DNA of 32,532 bases, taken from assembly GCA_043758475.1 (NCBI GenBank), contig JAYVNK010000315.1:1-32532 (forward strand), in the 5' to 3' direction. This document shows positions 1 to 6,690 of the stretch, piece by piece. This stretch comes from Comamonadaceae bacterium (GTDB lineage: Bacteria > Pseudomonadota > Gammaproteobacteria > Burkholderiales > Burkholderiaceae_C). The translations under genes were made by a program, and so were the position numbers. The notes under the pieces are model-generated. The model saw only the letters and a list, made by a program, of their open reading frames with translations. It did not search any database and had not been told where the DNA came from. How positions within the stretch are numbered: the stretch's first letter is position 1; each line of letters opens with the position of its first letter.

Positions 1-75
1 CGCAGCGGCGGTGCAATGATGGCGTTGGCAGTCATGGAAGTGCGTCCCAGTGCCCTAAAAGCAGGAAAAAAGCAT

Positions 76-129
76 AAAAAGCCCTGTAGCCGTTGTCTAT
101 AGTGCATAAGCAGCTATTTATTTAATAGC
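76..129 (+). repeat. AT-rich dispersed repeat, copy R1 (consensus orientation)
   Basis: AAAAAGCCCTGTAGCCGTTGTCTATAGTGCATAAGCAGCTATTTATTTAATAGC aligns by eye with copies at 5459, 21536 and 14937, and in inverse orientation at 4976, 5398 and 18775. Its 3' end supplies the last codons and stop of the cupin gene on the minus strand. Confidence 0.8.
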
Positions 130-561
130 TTTAGGAGCCAGGTCTCGCTTGATCCTGGCCAGCGGGCTGTCAGGCGGGTACACCGGCGTGATGGGCTGCG
201 GCGAACCCAGTATCACGCACATCAGCGCGTCCTCGTCGCCAAAGTTGATCTCCTCACGGTACACGCCGGGCAGCACCGAGATGAAGTCGCGCTCCTGGAG
301 CACCGACTCCCAGCGCTCGCCGTCTTTCTCGCGGATCACTTTCATCATGCCGCGCATGACGAAGAAAACTTCTTCCATGTCGCAATGGATGTGCGACGGT
401 CCTTCGTGGCCCGCCGGAATCACCATGGTAGAGAACGTGAAGTGCGAGGCCGGCACGGTGTTGCTGTCAGCCGCAATGCCCGTGCCGCTGGTGCCCATGT
501 AACGCATCTGGGCGCGGCGGTATTTGGGGTCGTCGTCGGCCTGGAACTTCAGTGCGTCCAT
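118..561 (-). CDS. cupin domain protein
   Basis: 162-aa ORF 118..606. The cupin metal-binding-like stretch GPSHIHCDMEEVFFV sits within a beta-rich sequence. Start placed at the internal Met (MDALKFQ) at 561; the N-terminus is uncertain, see the overlapping upstream ORF. Confidence 0.65.
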   Translation of the reverse strand: MDALKFQADDDPKYRRAQMRYMGTSGTGIAADSNTVPASHFTFSTMVIPAGHEGPSHIHCDMEEVFFVMRGMMKVIREKDGERWESVLQERDFISVLPGVYREEINFGDEDALMCVILGSPQPITPVYPPDSPLARIKRDLAPKAIK

Positions 562-731
562 TCGTAGCGGCGCGTGGCGTAGCGCGCCACGCGGCCTTCC
601 ATCCATTGCGCAAACGACTGGTTGGGTACGCGCAGCATGGCACGCTGGATGTCGGCCTCGGCGGGGATATTGGCGTTGAGCAAACCGCGTTCGTTGAACA
701 TCGGCTGGCTGGTGCCGGGGGATGCGTTCAT
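549..731 (-). CDS. 60-aa hypothetical protein, or a frameshifted N-terminal part of the cupin gene
   Basis: ATG at 731 is preceded by GGAGAA 6 nt upstream on the minus strand. The ORF ends at 549 and overlaps the cupin Met codon (561) by 13 nt in another frame. Confidence 0.4.
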   Translation of the reverse strand: MNASPGTSQPMFNERGLLNANIPAEADIQRAMLRVPNQSFAQWMEGRVARYATRRYEWTH

Positions 732-766
732 TTGGGTTTCTCCATCTGGAAATTCCGTTAATGGAA

Positions 767-1462
767 TTAGTTCATGACAAAGCCGCCGTTGACGGGCAGC
801 CACTGGCCGGCGATGAATCCGCTGGCGCGCGTGAGCAAAAACAGCGCGGCCGCGTTCACATCCTGCGGCACCCGCGGGCGCTTGATGGCACGCCCCTGAA
901 GGTAAAAATCATGGCGGTCTTCGGGTACATACTGCGTGGCCTCGACCAGGGTGAGGCCCGGCGCGATGGCGTTGACCCTGATGCCCTGCGCGCCCAGTTC
1001 GCGCGCCATGCTGCGGGTCATGGCAATCACCGCGCCCTTGCTGGCAACATACGCCATCAGCCGGGGCGCCCCCCACAGCGCGGTGTCCGACGCAATGTTG
1101 ACCACGCGGCCACTGCCGGATGCGCCAGATGCTGCGTGGCTGCCACCGTCACCAGCCAGGTGCCGCGCACGTTCACGTTCATCACCTGGTCCCAGGTGTC
1201 TGGCGCCAGCGCGTCCATGTTTTTGCCGCCCGAGTGGGTGATGGCCGCGTTGTTGATGAGGCCATCGATACCGCCCATGGCCCGCGCCGCTGCGGCCACG
1301 CCCATGCAGCACCTCGCTGATGGCAACCTGCGCACCAGCGGCTACCAGCGCTCGTGCAAATGACTCACCCAGGCCGCGCGCTGCGCCAGTCACCAGCACG
1401 CGGCGGCCTTGCAGTTGAATCTCGGACGGCGAGCTGGTGGAGGGCATGTTGGCTGGGTTCAC
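767..1462 (-). pseudogene. short-chain dehydrogenase/reductase (SDR), disrupted
   Basis: The N-terminus (VLVTGAARGLG) and C-terminus (NIASD..YVASKGAV..PGL) are in the frame of ORF 767..1462. The middle SDR motifs (GGIDGLINNAAI, MNVNVRGTW) are in the frame of ORF 1057..1335. Only about 13 aa lie between strand beta-2 and the NNAG motif, against about 40 in classical SDRs. Confidence 0.7.
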
Positions 1463-1812
1463 GCCGGCACGATCTGGATCGACACGCGCCCGTCATGCAC
1501 GCGCACCGGGAAGCATTTGACGTCACGCTCGCCAATCTCTGACAGGCACTTGCCTGTGGCGATTTCAAACCGGGCCGCATGCAGCGGGCATTCGATCACG
1601 CCGTCTTCCTGAAACCCCTGCGACAGCAGCGCAAACGCATGCGGGCAGATGTTGTCCAGCGCGTGAACAGTATCGTCCAGCAAAAAGATGCCGACGCTCT
1701 GGCCATTCACCTCAACTCCCAGCGGGAAATCAGGGTCAAGCGACTCGCGCGCGGCCACGTCGTGCCAGGGTGCATTGGGGTCGCCAACAGGCGCGCAAGC
1801 GGGATCACTCAT
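1459..1812 (-). CDS. Rieske [2Fe-2S] ferredoxin-type protein
   Basis: 117 aa carrying CPH..(17 aa)..CPLH, the two Rieske cluster-binding boxes (CPHAFALLSQGFQEDGVIECPLHAARF). The stop overlaps the SDR start. Confidence 0.85.
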   Translation of the reverse strand: MSDPACAPVGDPNAPWHDVAARESLDPDFPLGVEVNGQSVGIFLLDDTVHALDNICPHAFALLSQGFQEDGVIECPLHAARFEIATGKCLSEIGERDVKCFPVRVHDGRVSIQIVPA

Positions 1813-1935
1813 GGATTGCTTTCAGGCAAAAAATTGATGCTAAATCGGAAATGACTAGGGTAATTGTTGTTTTATCAGAGAAACGCTGATTCACTAATGA
1901 GTTATTACTGGACACTGCCGGTTTGGCAGAGCCGT

Positions 1936-3285
1936 TCACGCGTGCTTCTTAATCGCGTCCGCCAGCGTGCTCACCAGTTGGTCAATGTGCGATGTCTCAA
2001 CGATGAAAGGCGGAGCCAGCACCAAAGTCTCACCGGCGGGGCGCACCATGATGCCGTTGTGGAAGCAGGACATGAAGATGTCATAGGCGCGCTTGCCGGG
2101 CAGCCCGGCGATGGAGGTGAGCTCCACCGCGCCGGCGTTGCCCAGCGTGCGGATGCTGATCACATTGGGCAGGCCTTTGAGCAGGCTGTGCATCGCGTCG
2201 CCCAGCAGCTTGCCCATCTCGCCGGCGCGGGCAAACAGGTTTTCTTCCTTGTACAGGTTCAGCGTGGCAACGGCAGCAGCGCAGGCCACGGGGTGGCCCG
2301 AGTAGGTGTAGCCGTGCATGAACTCGATGGCGTGGTCGGGGCTCTTGGTGTTGCTGGACAGCATGGCGTCGTACAGGTGGTCGCGGCAGATCACGCCACC
2401 CAGCGGGATCACGCCATTGGTCACGCACTTGGCAAAGTTCAGCATGTCGGGCACCACGCCAAAATAGTCGGCACCAAAGTTGGTGCCCAGGCGGCCAAAG
2501 CCGGTGATGACCTCGTCAAAAATCAGCAAGATGCCGTGCTTGTCGCAGATCTGGCGCAGGCGCTGCAAATAGCCCTTGGGCGGCAGGTACCAGCCGGGGC
2601 TGCCGGGCACAGGCTCCACGATGATGGCCGCCACGTTGCTGGGGTCATGCAGCGGCAAAATGCGGTTTTCCAGCTCGTCCAGCGGGTGCGCCAGGCTGGC
2701 GTGCCAATCCGGCAGCTCGCCGTGGATGTAGGCGTTGTTGACCGGGTCATGGATGAAAGGCATGTGGTCTACCCGCGGCAGCAGGCTGGTGCTGAAGGCC
2801 TTGCGGTTGCCCGGAATGCCGCCCACACTCATGCCGCCAAAACCCACGCCGTGGTAACCCTTTTCACGGCCGATTAAAACCGTGCGGTGCCCCTCGCCCC
2901 GCGCGCGGTGGTAGGCCAGCGCCACTTTCAGCGACGTGTCTGCGGCCTCAGAACCCGAGTTGCAAAACAGCACCTTGTTCAAGTCGCCCGGGGCCATGGC
3001 GGCAATCATTTCAGCTGCCTTGAAGGCCACATCATTGGTGGCCTGGAACGCGGTGGAGTAGTCCAGCGTATCCAACTGCTTTTTGATCGCCTCATTGATC
3101 GGCCGGCGATTGTGCCCCGCCGCCACGCACCACAGGCTGGAGATGCCGTCAATCACCTTGCGGCCATCGTGCGTGGTGAAGTTCATGCCGTCCGCCGCCA
3201 CAATGACGCGTGGGTTCTCCCTGAAGCTGCGGTTGGGCGTGAAGGGCAGCCAGTGGTTGTCCATCTTGAAGTCAATTTTTGCCAT
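1936..3285 (-). CDS. class-III (omega) aminotransferase, beta-alanine/omega-amino acid:pyruvate type
   Basis: 449 aa. Typical class-III PLP aminotransferase N-terminus (DGxSSLWCVAAGHNRRPINEAI), the FDEVITGFGRLG motif and TFAKCVTNG-type lysine region (NFAKCVTNG). Confidence 0.9.
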   Translation of the reverse strand: MAKIDFKMDNHWLPFTPNRSFRENPRVIVAADGMNFTTHDGRKVIDGISSLWCVAAGHNRRPINEAIKKQLDTLDYSTAFQATNDVAFKAAEMIAAMAPGDLNKVLFCNSGSEAADTSLKVALAYHRARGEGHRTVLIGREKGYHGVGFGGMSVGGIPGNRKAFSTSLLPRVDHMPFIHDPVNNAYIHGELPDWHASLAHPLDELENRILPLHDPSNVAAIIVEPVPGSPGWYLPPKGYLQRLRQICDKHGILLIFDEVITGFGRLGTNFGADYFGVVPDMLNFAKCVTNGVIPLGGVICRDHLYDAMLSSNTKSPDHAIEFMHGYTYSGHPVACAAAVATLNLYKEENLFARAGEMGKLLGDAMHSLLKGLPNVISIRTLGNAGAVELTSIAGLPGKRAYDIFMSCFHNGIMVRPAGETLVLAPPFIVETSHIDQLVSTLADAIKKHA

Positions 3286-3445
3286 GAAGATCTCCTGAAC
3301 TCATAATCGGGCTGTGCGGACTGTCATCATGCCACTTTCATGACCGGCTGACAGAGCCAGCTTCGGGGAAAAGGTGAGGCCAGTGGGCTCATCTGCCCGT
3401 ATAAATCGTCCCCCATTTTGTTCGGCCCGTTTCAGGAGAATCGCC

Positions 3446-4312
3446 ATGTCAGTCCATTCACTCGCCAGTTCGTCGGCCAATCCACTCAACAACTTGCTCG
3501 CGCCGTCGCGCGCCACTCACCAGCCGGACCCGCTGGCGCAAGCCAAAATCCATCTGGCTGCCGCCCATCGGCTGGCCGTGCTGGACGAGCTGGAAGAAGG
3601 CATTGACAACCACTTCACCGTGGCCGTGCCGGGGCATGATGACCAGTTTTTGATTCTGCCGTTTGGCCAGCATTGGTCCGAGGCACGTGCCAGCAGCATG
3701 ATGGTGTTCAACGAAGCCGGGCACACGTTGGCCGGCACCGGTGTGGTGGAGCTGTCGGCCCGATGCATCCATGCGCCCATCCACCGCATCACCGGCGCGC
3801 GCGTGGTGCTGCACACGCACCAGACCTGGGCCATCGCGCTGAACATGCTGCAAGACAACCGCCTGCTGCCCACCAGCCAGACGGCAGCGTTCTTCCACGG
3901 CCACATTGCCTATGACGACGATTACACCGGGCTGGCCGATTCAACCGTTGAGGGTGAGCGGCTGGCGCGGGTGATTTCGGGGCAGGGTGGCAAAGTATGC
4001 AAAGCCGACGCAATGGCGACGGGAGACAAGCCTGAAAAGTACATCGTTTTCATGAAAAACCACGGCGTGGTGGTGACCGGTGACACCGTGGCACAAGCCT
4101 ACCGCAGGCTCTATAAGCTGGAGCGTGTGTGCCGCAACCAGTTGCTGGCGATGGGCACCGGCAAACCGCTGTCGGTGCTCAGCGACGAGGTCGCCGCGCG
4201 TGTGCAAGCCTACAACCCGCTGGACCTGCATCCGCGCGAAGAGCGGGAGCGCCTTTATTTTGAGGCCATGATGCGGGTGCTGGACCGGGAGTTGCCGGGG
4301 TATGGGGATTGA
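3446..4312 (+). CDS. class II aldolase/adducin family protein
   Basis: ATG at 3446 is preceded by CAGGAG. Adducin-head/class II aldolase-like features are present (HTHQTW, MKNHGVVVTGDTVAQAY). The upstream part of ORF 3374..4312 was discarded. Confidence 0.8.
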   Translation: MSVHSLASSSANPLNNLLAPSRATHQPDPLAQAKIHLAAAHRLAVLDELEEGIDNHFTVAVPGHDDQFLILPFGQHWSEARASSMMVFNEAGHTLAGTGVVELSARCIHAPIHRITGARVVLHTHQTWAIALNMLQDNRLLPTSQTAAFFHGHIAYDDDYTGLADSTVEGERLARVISGQGGKVCKADAMATGDKPEKYIVFMKNHGVVVTGDTVAQAYRRLYKLERVCRNQLLAMGTGKPLSVLSDEVAARVQAYNPLDLHPREERERLYFEAMMRVLDRELPGYGD

Positions 4313-4446
4313 GGTTGGGCTGAGTGAGTTTGGCTGACTGGTCTTTGGGCTGGCTCTGTATTGGGGGAGCTGGTATGGGGATTGAGGTTGGGCTGAGTGA
4401 GTTTGGCTGACTGGTCTTTGGGCTGGCTCTGTATTGGGGGAGCTGG
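4299..4446. repeat. perfect 73-bp tandem duplication (2.03 copies)
   Basis: 4299..4371 and 4372..4444 are identical base for base (GGTATGGGGATTGAGGTTGGGCTGAGTGAG...GGGGGAGCT), followed by a further GG. Copy 1 contains the last 14 nt and the TGA of the aldolase gene. Confidence 0.97.
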
Positions 4447-4513
4447 CACCGTTCAGGCTTGGTTGGCGAACGCACCGGGCGTCCGTGGGTGCTGTGCACT
4501 TCGAACTTGGCAG

Positions 4514-4972
4514 CATTCGACATGACGACCGGTCTTGGAAGACGCCGCCAGGCAGGCCCCAAGCGTGCGCATAGATCACACTCTTGTCGGCATTGACTTG
4601 AGTCGTAATCTCTTCGCGGAATGAGTCGGCATTTACACGAGGGCCACTCGCAAAAATGACTTTAAGCTCACCTTGTGAGCCAACTGCTGAAGTCATTTCG
4701 GCGTGCGGCAGTACGACCGGAATCTCGGACATGACTGGCCACAGGCAGAGCCTTCCATTCGGACCGGTTCCCGGCAGAGTGGACTCGGTGTGCACAACTA
4801 GCCCGTCCTTCAGCCGTGCGGTGTAGCTAAGCAAAGCCGCGCGACCGCCTTCCAGCGCTTGGATTGTCAATTCGCCCGCAAAGATTTCACCCTCTTCGTT
4901 CACGCCCGTGCCGCGAAAGCTTGTTGAACCTGACGTGAGAGCTATCAAGAGCATCAAGCAACTATTCAACAC
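4514..4972 (-). CDS. hypothetical protein in low-GC islet; 3' end unresolved
   Basis: The first 153 codons of ORF 3941..4972 look protein-like (alternating beta-strand pattern, ..YAHAWGLPGGVFQDRSS..) and GC is about 50%. The same frame then runs with no stop through the tandem repeat and antisense to the aldolase gene, which is implausible as real protein. Start is GTG 4972 or ATG 4954. Confidence 0.35.
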
Positions 4973-4975
4973 ACA

Positions 4976-5029
4976 CTACGTAATTTATAGCTTCTTATGC
5001 ATTCTACACAAGGGCTAGAGTCCATTTTT
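4976..5029 (-). repeat. AT-rich dispersed repeat, copy R4 (inverse orientation)
   Basis: CTACGTAATTTATAGCTTCTTATGCATTCTACACAAGGGCTAGAGTCCATTTTT matches the reverse complement of R1/R2. It shares a block of about 30 bp (ACTACGTAATTTATAGCnnCTTATGCA) with the copy at 5398. Confidence 0.8.
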
Positions 5030-5124
5030 CTGTCAAACCAGGCAAAAACGGCTCCCTCAACTCTCCCATCGCGCAAACCAAGCCCGGCCAAGGCGGCGAG
5101 CAGTGTGTACACGGGGCAGGGCCT

Positions 5125-5263
5125 ATTCGCGCATGCTGCAACGCCGGGGGTACGCCCGACCATCGTCGTCACGCAAGCCAAGGCCGCACGCCACAAACAC
5201 ATCTGCGCGAGTGACCCGCAGAACGTGTGCGCCCCGCCTCGCCCACCAAGTCAGCGTGCCAAG
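5125..5263 (+). repeat. 140-bp repeat, copy A
   Basis: 24-nt exact match ATTCGCGCATGCTGCAACGCCGGG (5125..5148 = 17227..17250). 16-nt exact match ACAAACACATCTGCGC (5193..5208 = 17291..17306). A third block matches at about 20 of 24 positions (5240..5263 vs 17347..17373). Spacing between blocks differs by non-multiples of 3. Confidence 0.85.
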
Positions 5264-5397
5264 CTTGAATTCCAGGGTTTACTTGCCGCAGGCTTGTCCG
5301 GTCTTTTCTCTTGCTCACCCGACCCTGCATTTGCTGAATTTCTACATCAGCTATGGAAGTGCGGTTTGGGGCATTTCATTCCGGTGTTCAATCACTA

Positions 5398-5451
5398 CTA
5401 CGTAATTTATAGCCGCTTATGCAACGTAAATCAGTGTTTGGACCTATTTTT
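5398..5451 (-). repeat. AT-rich dispersed repeat, copy R5 (inverse orientation)
   Basis: CTACGTAATTTATAGCCGCTTATGCAACGTAAATCAGTGTTTGGACCTATTTTT. It lies tail-to-tail with copy R2, 7 bp away, forming an imperfect inverted pair of about 115 bp. Confidence 0.75.
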
Positions 5452-5458
5452 AACCATT

Positions 5459-5512
5459 AAAAAGGCCTCTAGCCAGCGTCTACAGTGCATATCTAGCTAT
5501 TTACTTAATAGC
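5459..5512 (+). repeat. AT-rich dispersed repeat, copy R2
   Basis: AAAAAGGCCTCTAGCCAGCGTCTACAGTGCATATCTAGCTATTTACTTAATAGC. It lies 16 bp beyond the stop of the minus-strand gene 5528..5746. Confidence 0.85.
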
Positions 5513-5527
5513 AATAGAATTCTGACA

Positions 5528-5746
5528 TCAGGTTCTGTCATCCTTGAGCTTTTCATACGCCCGGTTGGCAGCGGTGCCACGGCTGGTGACCTGCAAGCCG
5601 CGTTTGACATCCCGGTAGGCCTGCTGCACCGCTGCGCTGGGCACGCCACCGGTGGTCCCAACCGACTCGTCCCGCTCATGCGGCAGTTTCGGCGCGGCGG
5701 GCGTGGTGACGGTCGCGGGCAGCTTTGTATTGATGGCTTTTTTCAT
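5528..5746 (-). CDS. small conserved-looking hypothetical protein (72 aa)
   Basis: ORF with normal high-GC third-position usage, tightly spaced (25 bp) after the upstream secreted-protein gene. No recognisable domain. Confidence 0.55.
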   Translation of the reverse strand: MKKAINTKLPATVTTPAAPKLPHERDESVGTTGGVPSAAVQQAYRDVKRGLQVTSRGTAANRAYEKLKDDRT

Positions 5747-5771
5747 GCTAAAAAACCTGACGGGACGCCGC

Positions 5772-6323
5772 TTACATCTTGCCGTATTTGGCTTTGGCTG
5801 AGTTCATGCAACTGGTTTTCGGATCGCCGGCCAGGGCTTCGCATTTTTCTGCGGCCACTTTGTAGTCGGCATCCCGCTTGTCAGCGGCGGCATCTTTTCT
5901 TGCTTCGCCCACCTGCTTGGCCATCTTGGCATCGGCCAGTGCCTTGACTTCAACTGCCTTGGCTTCCTTGCGGCAAACGTCTTTGGCGTTGCCGGCCTGG
6001 TCGTCGCACTTTTCCTTGGCAACGGCGTAAGCGGTCTTGGCCTTGACCTCCATCACTTTGGTGCCATCGCGGGCCTTGCCGGTATAGCCGTATTCCAGCT
6101 CCGCGCGCGCCACTTTTTCTTTGGCTTTGGCTTCTTCAACGCAGATGTCTTTGGCGTTGGCAGACTTTGAATCACAGGCAGCCTTGTCGGTCTTGTACTG
6201 GGAGCTGATGCTGTCCTTGCCAGATTTATAGGCGTCTTTGGTCATGGTAGCGGCTTGGGCCAGGGGCATGGCCAGCAGGCCGACGACGATCAATGAAGCC
6301 TTGAAGTTGAAATTGTTTGTCAT
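5772..6323 (-). CDS. secreted Lys/Ala-rich protein with three Cys-pair repeats
   Basis: AAGGA lies 7 nt upstream of ATG 6323. Signal peptide ...LLAMPLAQA/AT. Three internal repeats of the form Y-x3-K-x2-C-[DE]-x3-[AG]-[ND]-[AP]-K-[DT]-x-C-x3-AKA, with Cys pairs at about residues 50/60, 106/116 and 160/171. Confidence 0.7.
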   Translation of the reverse strand: MTNNFNFKASLIVVGLLAMPLAQAATMTKDAYKSGKDSISSQYKTDKAACDSKSANAKDICVEEAKAKEKVARAELEYGYTGKARDGTKVMEVKAKTAYAVAKEKCDDQAGNAKDVCRKEAKAVEVKALADAKMAKQVGEARKDAAADKRDADYKVAAEKCEALAGDPKTSCMNSAKAKYGKM

Positions 6324-6365
6324 AAAAATCCTTGGGTAAAGTTAAAAATGTTAAAGAATTCCTGC

Positions 6366-6512
6366 TCAGGGGTTCTCGAAAGGCATGCCTTCAAAGCCAT
6401 TGAGGCTGCGCAAATCGTCGGCACCAGCCGCCAGGGCAAGCCATCCTACGGTCGCCAAGGCAAACGCCGGGACAACGGCAAAGGCAAGTACCAGCAGTGC
6501 TATCAGATTCAT
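6366..6512 (-). CDS. 48-aa small hydrophobic protein (not in supplied ORF track)
   Basis: Hand-translated as MNLIALLVLAFAVVPAFALATVGWLALAAGADDLRSLNGFEGMPFENP. AAGGAG lies 6 nt upstream of ATG 6512 on the minus strand, and TGA is at 6366..6368. One predicted TM-like segment. Confidence 0.4.
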   Translation of the reverse strand: MNLIALLVLAFAVVPAFALATVGWLALAAGADDLRSLNGFEGMPFENP

Positions 6513-6620
6513 AAATGCTCCTTGGTGGAAGTTTTAAGGACGGGATTGAGGATGGGTGAAGTATCTGCAAGACGCCGTGGCGTGGACAGCAGACGGCGCC
6601 GCAAACCGCCGTAGTAGATG

Positions 6621-6690
6621 TCCTACGCGGGTGGCACCTGTCTTTGCTGAAAGCGCTGATGGCAAGCGCCTGCAAACCGCCCGCGTAGGA
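6621..6690. other. 70-nt three-tier inverted repeat in the intergenic region upstream of the receiver gene
   Basis: TCCTACGCGGG (6621..6631) pairs with CCCGCGTAGGA (6680..6690) and extends by 3 further pairs. The inner TTTGC/GCAAA and GCGCT/AGCGC stems also pair. Confidence 0.45.

Noticed and set aside
1-35. Possible start of a minus-strand gene (CAT at 33..35, reading MTANAIIAPPLR out of the window)
   Set aside because: Only 12 codons are visible and there is no clear RBS, so the call cannot be supported.
1864-2877. 337-aa plus-strand ORF (likewise 12748..13905, 385 aa, and 17395..18036, 213 aa)
   Set aside because: These are antisense to the aminotransferase, the metH-N gene and the serine hydrolase respectively. 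The opposite strands carry clear family motifs.
4179-4562. Minus-strand ORFs (127 aa and 64 aa) with repeated peptide QPNSLSPTSIPIP / PIQSQPKDQSAKLTQPNLNPHT
   Set aside because: The peptide repetition is simply the 73-bp tandem DNA duplication read in open frames. They overlap the aldolase 3' end and have no start context.
4997-5947. 316-aa plus-strand ORF spanning the repeat islet
   Set aside because: It runs through three AT-rich repeat copies and the 140-bp repeat, then antisense to two well-supported minus-strand genes. The translation is not protein-like.
6632-6647. Sigma-54-like TGGCAC...TTGC element upstream of the receiver gene
   Set aside because: The spacing is TGGCAC-N6-TTGC, whereas the canonical -24/-12 element is TGGCAC-N5-TTGC and is spacing-sensitive. 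No enhancer-binding protein is encoded nearby.
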